A stretch of 64,000 nucleotides of DNA from an uncultured Bacilli bacterium (GTDB taxonomy: Bacteria > Bacillota_I > Bacilli_A > RF39 > UBA660), in NCBI GenBank assembly GCA_947629375.1, contig CANRDN010000004.1, forward strand, positions 8,168 through 72,167, given 5' to 3'. Under the pieces are notes generated by a model, which was not told where the DNA came from, made no database searches, and saw nothing but the letters and a program-made list of their open reading frames with translations. Of this stretch, positions 27,664-38,700 are shown piece after piece. The position numbers and the translations under genes are program-made. Position 1 is the stretch's first letter. Each line of letters starts with the position of its first letter.

Positions 27664-29829
27664 ATGTTTTCTGTTTTTAGTGAAGAATTAAAAAGAATAC
27701 TTAATAATGCTAGAAAGGAAATGATTGAACTTAAACACTCTTATATAGGAACAGAACATTTTGTTCTAGCTGTTTTAAAAAATGATTGTTCATTGAAAGA
27801 ATTATTACTTAAATACAATTTAGATTATGATAAATTTAAAAAGAAGGTTATTTCTTTTATGGGAATAGGAGAAAGTGATAACTCTTTAGTGATATTTACT
27901 CCTTTATTTAAAAAAATTCTTGAAGATTCAGTTATGGTAGCAAGTGACTCAAAGAAAGATGAAGTAACTTTGGCGCTTTTATTTTCTTTAATGTTAAATG
28001 AAGGTGAAGGCGTTGCTTATCGAATCTTTTGTGAAAGCGGAATAGATGTTGATGAGTTAGAAGATTCATTAGATGAACTTGATTATTCTAGACTTGATAA
28101 ATCTAATATATTAAGTTACGGAGTAAATCTTAATGAAAAAATTCTAAATGGTGAAATGGATCCAGTTATTGGAAGGGATAAAGAAGTATCGAAGCTTATT
28201 GAAATAATAATGAGAAAAAACAAATGTAATCCCATTTTAATTGGGGATGCAGGGGTTGGTAAAACAGCGATTGTCGAAGAATTCACAAGAAGAATAGTAA
28301 ATAAAGAAGTACCATCGAGATTAAGAAATAAAGTTGTTTATTCGGTTTCGATGGCAGATCTTGTGTCAGGTACAAAATATCGTGGAGAATTCGAAGAGAA
28401 AATATTAAAAATAATTAAAGAGTTAGAGAAAAACAAAAATATTATTTTATTTATCGATGAGATACACACTCTTGTCGGAGCAGGTGGTGCTGACGGAGCA
28501 ATCGACGCTTCTAATATCTTTAAGCCGGTTCTTGCAAGAGGAAACATAACAGTAATCGGTGCTACTACAACTGAAGAATATAAAAAGTATATTGAGGACG
28601 ATAAAGCCTTATCGCGAAGATTTCAAAAAATAATGGTAGAAGAGCCAACAAAAGAACAGTTGCTAGAAATTCTCTTTAAAGTAAAACCGACCTATGAAAA
28701 ATTTCACAATGTTACCTTTGACAACAACTTAATCTATTACTTAGTAAACATCACAAATAAATATATACTAAATAGAAAAGAACCAGATAGATCATTAGAC
28801 ATTTTAGATGAAGTATGTTCCTATACCACTTCAAGAAATGATGATATCGAAGAAAAAAATAGCAAATTAAGAAAAGAATTAAATGAAATAATAGAAGCAA
28901 AAAATAAATGTTTAAAAGAAAATAATTATGAGAAAGCTATTGAATTTAGAAAAAAGGAAAGGGAAATAGAGTCATTAATTAATAAAAATGATTTGAAAAT
29001 GACTACGAAAAACACCTGTAAAAGAGTAAGAAAAGAATATATAGATAAAGTAATAAGTGATAAATGTGGAGTTTTAATAGATAGTGAAACAACTTTAAAT
29101 AGTCACTTTAGAAAATTAAGAAACTATCTTAATAAAAATGTCATCAATCAAGAAAAAGTTATCGATAAAGTAATAAGTTCTTGTACTTGCTTATTTAGTG
29201 GTGATAAGAAGAAAGAAAGCCCTGTATCTTTTATTTTTACTGGAACAACTGGTGTTGGTAAAACTTATTTAGCTAATTTAATCGGTAAAACACTTTTTAA
29301 TAATCATATAGTTAAAGTTGATTTATCGAATTTTAGAGACGAGCAATCGATAAGTAGAATAGTAGGAGCACCTCCTGGATATGTCGGTTACAATAATAAA
29401 AATAATGTCTTTGAAAGTTTAAAAGAATATCCAAGTAGCTTAATTCTTCTTGAAAATTACGAAATGGCTCATCCCAAAGTAAAAGACTTAATAAATCAAA
29501 TAATAAATACCGGTTATTTTGAAGACTCAAATGGCTATAAAATCGAGTTTAATAACTGTTTAATAATTATTACTTCTGCTTTAAAAGATAAAACTCTTGG
29601 ATTTAACAATAACACTAAAAAAGAAGAACAAGAAAATCAAAATCTTTACTTTAATAAATTAAATTATTCTGATATTTATAAGATAATTAAAAATAAACTT
29701 AAAGATAGGAACAAATCGATAAGTGAAGAAGATATTAAGAATTTAATAGATAATTCGGAGTATCAAGAAAAGGGTGCTAAAAAGATTGACGCTTTGATTA
29801 ATGAATTTTATAATTCTTTAGTAATTTAA
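27664..29829 (+). CDS. clpC: ClpC-like AAA+ chaperone with apparently degenerate second ATPase module
   Basis: Start at ATG 27664 behind AAAGGAG. Clp_N repeats. D1 has GDAGVGKT and LFIDEIH. D2 has Walker A GTTGVGKT, but Walker B reads ILLENYEMAHP where LLDEIEKAHP is expected, and GAK where GAR is expected. Confidence 0.7.
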   Translation: MFSVFSEELKRILNNARKEMIELKHSYIGTEHFVLAVLKNDCSLKELLLKYNLDYDKFKKKVISFMGIGESDNSLVIFTPLFKKILEDSVMVASDSKKDEVTLALLFSLMLNEGEGVAYRIFCESGIDVDELEDSLDELDYSRLDKSNILSYGVNLNEKILNGEMDPVIGRDKEVSKLIEIIMRKNKCNPILIGDAGVGKTAIVEEFTRRIVNKEVPSRLRNKVVYSVSMADLVSGTKYRGEFEEKILKIIKELEKNKNIILFIDEIHTLVGAGGADGAIDASNIFKPVLARGNITVIGATTTEEYKKYIEDDKALSRRFQKIMVEEPTKEQLLEILFKVKPTYEKFHNVTFDNNLIYYLVNITNKYILNRKEPDRSLDILDEVCSYTTSRNDDIEEKNSKLRKELNEIIEAKNKCLKENNYEKAIEFRKKEREIESLINKNDLKMTTKNTCKRVRKEYIDKVISDKCGVLIDSETTLNSHFRKLRNYLNKNVINQEKVIDKVISSCTCLFSGDKKKESPVSFIFTGTTGVGKTYLANLIGKTLFNNHIVKVDLSNFRDEQSISRIVGAPPGYVGYNNKNNVFESLKEYPSSLILLENYEMAHPKVKDLINQIINTGYFEDSNGYKIEFNNCLIIITSALKDKTLGFNNNTKKEEQENQNLYFNKLNYSDIYKIIKNKLKDRNKSISEEDIKNLIDNSEYQEKGAKKIDALINEFYNSLVI

Positions 29830-29870
29830 AGTTAGGTATGCTATAATTTAATTAATATTGGGAGGTCTCT

Positions 29871-30969
29871 ATGGAATTATACGAACTTCGTAAACTTGTT
29901 ACTGAATCAAAAAATAAAGTAGATAATCTTTGGAGGTTACTTTGACATTGATAGAAAAAATGAAAGAATAAAAGAACTAGATAAAGAAATGTCTTCTCCT
30001 AATTTTTGGGATGATCAAGAAAAAAGTACTTCTGTTATTAACGAAATAAATGAACTTAAAAATATTACTAAAGAAATAGAAAAAGTAAAAGAAAGAGTAT
30101 TGGACATAGAATCATTATTTAATGAGAATGACTCTGATACTTTAAGTTTAGTTGAGGAAGAAGCCCTATTAATTAAACAAGATTTAGAAAAATTAGATAT
30201 ATATGTTTTATTAAGTGGTGAATACGACCAAAATAATTGCCTTTTAGAAGTCCATTCTGGTGCTGGTGGGACGGAAGCTTGCGACTGGGCTATGATGCTT
30301 TACCGAATGTATACAAGATGGTGTGATCGAAAAAATTATAAATATGAAGTAATCGATTATCTAGAAGGTGAAGAAGTTGGCATAAAGAGTGCAACCATTT
30401 TAGTTAAAGGAAGCTATGCTTATGGATATTTAAAGTGTGAAAAAGGGATTCACAGACTTGTAAGATTATCTCCCTTTGATGCTAATCATAAAAGACATAC
30501 TTCCTTTGCATCTATTCTTGTAACACCGATAATTGAAGATGTAAAAGATATAGAAATTGACCCTAAGGACTTAAAAATTGATGTTTATAGATCGAGTGGT
30601 AATGGTGGACAAGGTGTAAATACTACTGATTCAGCAGTGCGTATTACCCATCTACCTTCCAAAATTGTGGTTACTTGTCAAAATGAAAGAAGTCAATTAC
30701 AAAACAAAGAACAAGCAATGAAGATATTAAGAAACAAATTAAAACTACTAGAAATAGAGAAAAAAGAACAAGAATTAGATAATATTAAAGGAGAACAAAA
30801 AAATATAGAGTTTGGTTCGCAAATAAGAAGTTATGTAATGCACCCATATTCGATGGTTAAAGATCATCGTACCAAAGAGGAAACAAGCAATGTTAATTTG
30901 GCCTTAGATGGTGATTTAGATAATTTTATTGAGGCAAAACTAAAGGAGGATAAGTATGAAAATCAATAA
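29871..30969 (+). CDS. prfB: Peptide chain release factor 2, with programmed +1 ribosomal frameshift at 29940-29946
   Basis: Frame 0 runs from ATG 29871 through MELYELRKLVTESKNKVDNLWRLL to TGA at 29943-29945. The motif GGAGG-TTA-CTT-TGA-C is classic. Frame +1 continues DIDRKNERIKELDKEMSSPNFWDD into the 29989-30969 ORF, which has the SPF and GGQ motifs. Confidence 0.9.
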
Positions 30970-31807
30970 AAAAATTACAAAGAAGAAAATAAAAAGATGG
31001 CTCTCATTCTTTTGTGGATTATTTTGCTTTTCTTTTGCATTCACCTTCATTTTAGCACCAAATAATTTAGTGTTCGGTGGTGTAACAGGACTTTCTATTG
31101 TTTTTAAAGAGTTATTTAATTTTAATACCTCTCTTTTCGTCCTAGTAGTATCATCCTGTTTATTAGTAATAAGCTTTATTGTACTTGGTAAAGAAAAAAC
31201 AGCTGGTTCTGTTTTAGGAACCCTACTTCTTCCTGTTTTCTTGGAACTAACGGTACTCCTTTATAACCATATTGAACTTGAAGAAATCGACCCAATACTT
31301 GCAACTATTTTTGGTGGATTTTTAGGTGGAGTAGGAATTGGACTTATCTATAAAGCTGGATTTACAACAGGTGGAACTGATATAATTAATCAAATTCTTC
31401 ATAAGTACTTTAAGCTTAGTCTTGGAAACGCAATGTTTATTACTGATACAATCATTGTAACTAGTAGCATTTTCGTCTTTGGATTTACTCAATTTATGTA
31501 TGCTATACTTGTCTTATATATTATGACTACTATGACCGATAGAGTAATAATAGGAATAGGTAACTCTAAAGCTTTCTACATTGTTACAGAAAAAACCGAA
31601 GAAGTTAAAAAGTTTATTGTAGATACGATGGGAAGTGGCGTAACTATTATGAATGCTATTGGTGGTTACTCAAAAGAAAATCAAAAAGTGTTATTTTGTG
31701 TAATAAAAACAAGACAATATTACATTTTAAAAGAAGGAATTAGTAAGATAGATAACGATGCATTCTTTGTTGTCTGTGATGCTTATGAAGTATCTGGAGG
31801 TGAATAG
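30956..31807 (+). CDS. YitT family membrane protein (DUF161 repeats plus DUF2179 C-terminal domain)
   Basis: LAPNNLVFGGVTGLSIV and GFTTGGTDI motifs, and a soluble C-terminal domain ending in VSGGE. Confidence 0.7.
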   Translation: MKINKKITKKKIKRWLSFFCGLFCFSFAFTFILAPNNLVFGGVTGLSIVFKELFNFNTSLFVLVVSSCLLVISFIVLGKEKTAGSVLGTLLLPVFLELTVLLYNHIELEEIDPILATIFGGFLGGVGIGLIYKAGFTTGGTDIINQILHKYFKLSLGNAMFITDTIIVTSSIFVFGFTQFMYAILVLYIMTTMTDRVIIGIGNSKAFYIVTEKTEEVKKFIVDTMGSGVTIMNAIGGYSKENQKVLFCVIKTRQYYILKEGISKIDNDAFFVVCDAYEVSGGE

Positions 31808-31845
31808 ATATTTCTTCTTTAAAAAAGAATCTTTATTTTAATTTA

Positions 31846-32391
31846 TTGTTGTTTGTAGGGGCCTTAAATTTAAACTTTATATTAAGGCCTTTAAAGTTAG
31901 CAGCAGGTGGTATTAATGGTTTATCTGTTTTAATAGAAAACATCTTAAGTATTAATCCATTTTTTTTTATTTTTGCTTTTCAACTTATTCTATTTCTTCT
32001 AGCACTTCTATTTCTTGGAAAAGAAAAATCTTTTAGCGCTTTTTATGCCACTATTATGTATCCTTTATACATTATGTTATCTGAAAAAATACCAAATTAC
32101 ATTATTATAGCTGAAAGTGACATAATCATTGCCTCCATTTTTGGTGGAGCAGTAACAGGTCTTGTCTCAGGATTTATTTGCAAGATGAATAAAAGTCCTG
32201 GAGGAATTGTTTTACTATCACAGATTTTAAATGAGAAATATAAAATATCGATAAGTTTATCTAATTTCCTTATAAATTTTCTAATATTAATAACAACTTT
32301 CTACTATTTAGGACTCAATTACTTTTTGTATTCTCTTCTTTTAATTTACTCAAATAAACAGGTTATGAATAAAATTTTATATAATTTTTAG
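31846..32391 (+). CDS. Truncated YitT-like membrane protein lacking the C-terminal soluble domain; start codon uncertain
   Basis: LRPLKLAAGGINGLSVL and KSPGGIVLLSQI motifs. The reading frame is open upstream to 31804 (IDISSLKKNLYFNLL) with no ATG or GTG. Only TTG 31846/31849 or ATA/ATT behind GGAGGTG are available. Confidence 0.5.
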   Translation: MLFVGALNLNFILRPLKLAAGGINGLSVLIENILSINPFFFIFAFQLILFLLALLFLGKEKSFSAFYATIMYPLYIMLSEKIPNYIIIAESDIIIASIFGGAVTGLVSGFICKMNKSPGGIVLLSQILNEKYKISISLSNFLINFLILITTFYYLGLNYFLYSLLLIYSNKQVMNKILYNF

Positions 32392-32504
32392 CAAATTTTG
32401 ACACTATTTATAAAAAAATATGATATTTCTTGATATTTCGTGCTGTTTTCATATTTTTTTGAGGGTTGATATGTTATAATTATATAGAATAGAAGGTGAT
32501 TTAT

Positions 32505-33206
32505 TTGGCTGAATTAATAACATTAAGTAATGTAAATAAAAAATATAAAAATGGAGTTACTGCTATTTATGATTTGGACTTAAAAATTAAAAAGGGAGAA
32601 TTCGTCTTTATTATAGGTGGTTCAGGTAGTGGAAAGTCAACTTTAATAAAGATGTTATATAGAGAAGAAAAACCAACAAGTGGAGAAATAAATGTTGGTG
32701 GTATAAATGTTGCTAAGTTAAGAAACAGTAGGGTCTATAAGTTAAGAAGAAAACTTGGTATTGTTTTCCAAGATTACAGATTATTGCCACAATCTACGGT
32801 ATATGAAAATGTAGCATTTGCTCTTGAATCAATTGGTGCTAAATCTAGTGATATAAGAATAAAAACTTTAAGAGCTCTAGAACTAGTTGGTTTAAAAGGA
32901 AAAATAAGAAACTATCCCGATCAATTATCGGGTGGTGAACAACAGCGTGTTGCTATAGCAAGAGCAATAGTAAATGATCCTAAATTAATTCTTTGTGATG
33001 AGCCAACAGGTAACCTTGACCCTAAGATGAGTCTTGAAATAGTAAAAGTACTTGAAGAAATAAACAAAACGACTGGTACTACTGTTATAATGGCAACTCA
33101 CGATAAAGATATAGTAAACAAATTTAAGAAAAGAGTAATCGCAATTAAACAAGGAAGAATCTTTAAAGATTACGAAGAAGGGAAGTACGATAATGAAGCT
33201 ATTTAG
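32505..33206 (+). CDS. ftsE: Cell division ATP-binding protein FtsE
   Basis: [17 protein letters not shown] and [11 protein letters not shown] motifs. TTG 32505 is preferred over the track GTG 32496. The extended -10 TGTTATAAT at 32472-32480 leaves no room for an RBS before 32496. Confidence 0.8.
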   Translation: MAELITLSNVNKKYKNGVTAIYDLDLKIKKGEFVFIIGGSGSGKSTLIKMLYREEKPTSGEINVGGINVAKLRNSRVYKLRRKLGIVFQDYRLLPQSTVYENVAFALESIGAKSSDIRIKTLRALELVGLKGKIRNYPDQLSGGEQQRVAIARAIVNDPKLILCDEPTGNLDPKMSLEIVKVLEEINKTTGTTVIMATHDKDIVNKFKKRVIAIKQGRIFKDYEEGKYDNEAI

Positions 33207-34098
33207 AATTATAAAAAATGGTGTTCGTGACGCCTTTAAAAGTGTTTATAGAAATTTTTCTTTATCATTTGCATCTATTTCTTCAATAAGTTTTACTTTA
33301 GTAATAGTAGCACTTGCTCTTCTAGTTGCTTTCAATGTTGAAAACTTCTCTAAAAAAGCAGGAGATAATGTTACAATTGTTACTTATTTAACATTAGGTA
33401 CTACTGAAGAACAAGCTAAAGAATTTGAGAAAACATTAAAAGATATGGATAATGTTCAAAATAAATGGACAAGTCAAACTCCAGAAGAAAGAAAAAATGC
33501 TTTGGCAACAGAAGATGATTTCTTAAGTTCTGTAGCAACTCTTATCGATAAACCAGAAGAAGTTTTCCATTATCGATATGATATAAATGTTAAAGATATA
33601 GACAAGATAGATGAGACACAACAGGATTTAAAAAGTCTTGATGTGGTTGAATCAGCTGAATATGGTGATGAAACAATTACTAAGATGATAAGTATGTTTG
33701 ATATGGCTGGTAAGGTTGCAATTGCAATTGCTCTTGTACTTATGGTTGTAACAGTTGTATTGATTGTAAATACTATTAAGCTAACAATCTTCTCAAGAAA
33801 AAGAGAAATATCTATTATGAGAGTAGTAGGCGCTAGTAACTTAACTATTAAAAACCCATTTATTATCGAAGGATTTATAATTGGTCTATTTGGTTCAATC
33901 GTACCAGTTCTAGTTACAATATTTGGGTATGCTGCATTCTATGAACATCTAGATAATGGTCACTTTATGACATTCTGGTTAGAGTTTATCAATCCATATC
34001 CGTTTGTATATTGGGTTTCACTTATGATAGTAGGACTTGGAGTTCTAGTTGGTATGTTTGGAAGTAGTAGAGCTGTAAGGAGGTATTTAAAAGTATAA
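33193..34098 (+). CDS. ftsX: Cell division permease FtsX
   Basis: Four TM segments, a large first extracellular loop and an overlap with the ftsE stop. Confidence 0.8.
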   Translation: MKLFRIIKNGVRDAFKSVYRNFSLSFASISSISFTLVIVALALLVAFNVENFSKKAGDNVTIVTYLTLGTTEEQAKEFEKTLKDMDNVQNKWTSQTPEERKNALATEDDFLSSVATLIDKPEEVFHYRYDINVKDIDKIDETQQDLKSLDVVESAEYGDETITKMISMFDMAGKVAIAIALVLMVVTVVLIVNTIKLTIFSRKREISIMRVVGASNLTIKNPFIIEGFIIGLFGSIVPVLVTIFGYAAFYEHLDNGHFMTFWLEFINPYPFVYWVSLMIVGLGVLVGMFGSSRAVRRYLKV

Positions 34099-35327
34099 TG
34101 AAGAAGATTTTACAAATAACACTAGTCTTCTTCACTGTTTTATCCTTATATCTCATAGGAAAAACTTCTCCAGTATCGGCAGCTACCAATAATGCCAAAG
34201 GAAAAACATTAAAAGAATATGAAGACTTAGTAGAAAAGTATAAAAATGAGGCAGCTCAAAATAAAGCAAACATAAATAAAACCCAAGATGAAATTAATGC
34301 TGCTAATAATCAAATTGAAAAATTAAAACAAGAGACACTTACTTTAACTAAAGAAATAAGTACCTTAAATGATGAAATAGAAGAATATCAAGGAGATATT
34401 AAAGAAAAGATAACAGAGTCAAAACAAGTAATTGAATATATGCAGTTATCAGCAGATAGAAATGTTTACCTTGATTATATATTTAAAGCAGATTCTGTAA
34501 CTGATTTGATTAATAGAGAATATGTTATTCAAGAAATAGTTGACTATAACGATAGAGCAGTCGATGAATTAAAACAGATGGTTGCAGATAATGAAGCAAG
34601 AGAAAAAGAAATAGAAAAAAGACAAAAAGAAATCGATAATAAAGAAAATCAATTGGAAAAACAAATAGAGTCTTTAGGAGACAAGAAGTCTTCTTTAGCA
34701 GCAGGTGGAGTTAGCATTGAAAAACAACTTAAGCTATATGAAGAGTATGTATCAATTTATCGTAAACTTGGATGTAAGTCTACAGATGTAATTGGAAAAG
34801 ATTGTGCCAAAGAAGATGGTATAACTAGTTTTAGAAGACCAACAACAACTGGTTACATTACTCAAGAAGCTTATTATGGAAAAAGTTATACTCATAAAGG
34901 TATTGATATAGGAAGTCCAAATAAATATGCTGAAAAAATATATCCAATTGCTGATGGTACTATAACTTCAAAATATACGGATAGTTATGGAGCTTTAACT
35001 GTTGTAATATTACACTACAATATTCTTGACGGTAAATATTATTCATCTTTGTATTGTCATATGAGTGCATATGCTCCTAATATATATGTTGGTAAAAAAG
35101 TAACAAGTAACGACTATATCGGATATATGGGAATGACTGGAAAAGCAACTGGACCACATCTACACTTAGAAGTATATCCTTGTAAGTTGTATAATCCATC
35201 AGATAGTAATTGTTATTCTTGGAGTGCTTGGGCATCCTTTGGAACTAACAAACTAAAGAATGGTTACAATCCAAGACAATTAATTAACTTCCCAAAAGGA
35301 TTATATAATTATTGGTATTCAAGATAA
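34098..35327 (+). CDS. Coiled-coil M23 (LytM-type) peptidoglycan metalloendopeptidase, EnvC/PcsB-like FtsEX partner
   Basis: Signal peptide, about 190 aa of coiled coil, then H-x-x-x-D (HKGIDI) and H-x-H (HLHLEV) catalytic motifs. Confidence 0.8.
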   Translation: MKKILQITLVFFTVLSLYLIGKTSPVSAATNNAKGKTLKEYEDLVEKYKNEAAQNKANINKTQDEINAANNQIEKLKQETLTLTKEISTLNDEIEEYQGDIKEKITESKQVIEYMQLSADRNVYLDYIFKADSVTDLINREYVIQEIVDYNDRAVDELKQMVADNEAREKEIEKRQKEIDNKENQLEKQIESLGDKKSSLAAGGVSIEKQLKLYEEYVSIYRKLGCKSTDVIGKDCAKEDGITSFRRPTTTGYITQEAYYGKSYTHKGIDIGSPNKYAEKIYPIADGTITSKYTDSYGALTVVILHYNILDGKYYSSLYCHMSAYAPNIYVGKKVTSNDYIGYMGMTGKATGPHLHLEVYPCKLYNPSDSNCYSWSAWASFGTNKLKNGYNPRQLINFPKGLYNYWYSR

Positions 35328-35328
35328 T

Positions 35329-35673
35329 ATGAAAAAGTATATGAAAGAATATATAAATAAAATTGATAAAATATTAAAGCAAAAAGAAATAGATAATCTT
35401 GATGAAATTATAAGTGAACATCTTATAAAAATAAGATTCTTTTCTCACGAAAGATTAGTTCATTTACTTGTAACCATTCTTTTTGCACTTCTATCACTTA
35501 TATCTTTTTTCTATACATTATCGAACCTAACTATTGGTCTATTACTTTTAACATTGTTATTCATTTGCTTATTAGTACCATACATATTTCATTATTACTT
35601 TTTAGAAAATAGCGTTCAATATATGTATAAACAATATGATTTATTAAATGAAAAGAGAAATTTACATAGATAA
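35329..35673 (+). CDS. Small two-TM membrane protein, unknown function
   Basis: 114-aa ORF starting 2 nt after the M23 gene, with two hydrophobic helices. Weak RBS. Confidence 0.45.
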   Translation: MKKYMKEYINKIDKILKQKEIDNLDEIISEHLIKIRFFSHERLVHLLVTILFALLSLISFFYTLSNLTIGLLLLTLLFICLLVPYIFHYYFLENSVQYMYKQYDLLNEKRNLHR

Positions 35674-35695
35674 GTTTCTCTTTTACTTTTCAATG

Positions 35696-35724
35696 TTGAA
35701 AATTTGTTTAACTTGTGTTATAAT
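35696..35724 (+). promoter_or_regulatory. Sigma-A type promoter of the cohesin/dockerin giant gene
   Basis: TTGAAA, 17-nt spacer, TATAAT preceded by TG-T (extended -10). Confidence 0.55.
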
Positions 35725-35753
35725 ATAGGGCATTTATAGGGGTGTAGTGATAT

Positions 35754-38700
35754 ATGAAAAGGAAGATATTTTTGTTTTTAATATCTATATTAACTTTTTT
35801 TTCATACTTTGATGTGGTAAAGGCTGAAGAAATAAAGACATCTGTAGAAGGTAAATCCATAAAGATAAGTATTTCTTTTGATTCATCATTAACAGGTTTA
35901 GAAGGAGAATTAAACTTTGATGATGATTTCTTTGAAAATGTCGATAAAACTGATTTTGTTGTAGCGGAAGACAATTTATTTTACTTTAATAAAAATAATA
36001 ATCATTTCGTATTATTATCTTCTTATAATGCCCCATTAACTCTTAATGTGACTCTTTATTTAAAAGAAAATGCTGAATATGATTTTACTTATGTTGATTT
36101 TATAAATTTAATTGGTAGTGATGGTAAAGAAGATATAGAACTTAAAGATAAACATATTCAAGTAATTAATTCCAAAACTGGCTTAAGAATTAATGGAACT
36201 AGTGAAAGGAATTCTCAAAACGAAAAGGATTATATCTATGTAGGTTTTAATATTTATACAATCGTTGCAATTGCAGTGGGATTCTTCCTAATAATTGCAT
36301 TTTCATACTTTGCTTTTTCCAAGAATTCTTTTATCAATAAAATATTAATAAATGGAATAATTTCACTTTTATTTATCTTTGTTATTTTTTATATTTACTC
36401 ACTTTATAATAATAAAGAAGATGTCGACAATAATGGAGTAGTAAACCAAAAAGATTTAAATATTATTGCCGATACCCTATTGGGTAAAGTTACAGTAGGA
36501 AAGAAATCTCTTAAATACTATAATCAGGATATTAATAACGATGGTTATATAACAATCACTGATGTTTCAAGTATTATGCCAATAATTGATAATAGTGTTT
36601 TTCTAGAAAATTTTGTAATTAATGAAAACTATGTACCAAAGGATTCTACTTTTACTGTAACTTTCTCAGTTAGTTCAAAACAGAAAGTTAAATATATTTA
36701 TATAAATGATAAAAAATACGAAGTAGAAGAAACTGAGAATGGTTATAAAGCAATTATTAATTCTGGTTCTAGTGCAGGTAAGAAAGATGTAACTGTTGAA
36801 GGATTAGAACTTGAAAATGGTAAAAAAATAGATTTAACATACAGTGATAATATCGAAGTCTTAAAAGATGAACCAGATTTAAAGTCATTTAAACTTAATA
36901 AAGATAAAAAACAATTTACAATTGAGTTAAAAGACAAAGATAGTGCCATTACAAATAAATATGTTGTAATAGAAGATATAGATGGAAATATCGTTGAAGA
37001 AATTAATTTATCTGATAAAAAGACATATAAGTATAAGACAGGAACTGCTTATAAGTTTATATTAATTTGTGATTATGACTTGGATTCAAAAGTAGATACA
37101 AATAACAAATATAGTAAAACAATAGATCTTGAAGAAATTAGTGGTGAAACACCTCCAAGTAAAGATGTATATTATAATGATATAACTTTAGTTAATATTG
37201 ATAGAGAAAACAAAGTAATAGAGTTTCAAATAGACGCAAATTACGAGATTAAATCAGCAACAATCAATGGCAAAAAGTATACTGTTTCAAATAATATTAT
37301 TAAAGTTACTTATAAAAAAGAAGAAAAAACAACTTATAAGATTGAAAGCATTTCAACAGATTCTAAAGAGATAAAAGTTAACAAAGAGTTTACTTTATTT
37401 AAAGAGGAACCTAAAGTAAATAGTCTATCTGTCGATATAGATAATCAAAAAGCAAATGTTCAAATAAAAATTGTCGATAAAGATAGCACTCTTACAGGTA
37501 TTAATGCAATATTAAAAGATAGTAAGGGAAATATTTTAGAAACAGTTAAACTAGACAAGACAACTACTAAATTTTCATTTGAGACTAATATTTCTGATGA
37601 CACTTTATATGTTGTCGAAATCGTTGGCACATTTGACTGTCAAAATGGAATGAACACTGAGAGTAAAGTTCTAAAAAGTGTGGAGATAAATCATAAATCT
37701 AACCTTTACATTGAAGGTGGGAAAGTGTCAAATATAAATCCTACTAAAGGATCAATTATCGATGTAACATTTAAAGTAAAAGATAAAGAAGCTAAAGATA
37801 TTAAATACTTTGTCATAAATGATAAAAAATATAATGTAGAGTCAATTGGTAACGATTATTTTAAAATAAAATATCAAGTACCAGATGAAGATGGAGTTAA
37901 CGCTATAAAGATTCAAAAGATTGTCTATGATAATTATGAAATGGTAGTTAATTACAACGATATAAAAGTAGATGTTCTAAAAGATAAACCATCTATTGAA
38001 GAATTTGAAGCAATTGATGATTTAGATAGTGAGTCAATTATGTTCAAATTTAATGTAAAAGATTTAGATAATTCATTTGTTAAAGGTAAAATATGCTTAG
38101 GAAACGAGTGCCAAGAATTTAATAAGAGTGGTCTTAATACAATTTTGTTCCCTGTAGAAAAGAATAGACTTTCAAAAGTAAATATAGATATTGATTATGA
38201 TTTAGATACAAATACTCTAAGTCAAAATAAAAATGTTTCTAAAATAACTCTAGAAAAACAAGTAGCAGTAGTAGATAACTTCCAATTTGAAATATATAAT
38301 ATCGAAACTTATAAAGTATCTGGAAGTAAGAGTACTTATTTTAATAAAAATGAGCAAATTAAAGTAAAATTTAATAGCAAAAATGTGACTCCTTTATATC
38401 CAGTAGCAATCGAGTTGCAAGATAAAGATAATACTAAAGCAACGCTTACTTACGAAGTTAAAAAAGATAAAGATGGTTATTACTTTATTATTAATGGATT
38501 AAGTGAAGCTTGTGAGAAAGAATATGTAATTAAATCTATAACTTTAAATAGTGGTAAAACAATAACAAGTGAAAAGTTTAGAACAATCGATGTTAAAAAT
38601 ATAAAATTTGAAGTATTAAAAACAGCACCAAGAATCGATAATGTAAGTATTACAAATAATGATGGTGTCTTAAATGTAACATTTAATGTAACAGATAGTG

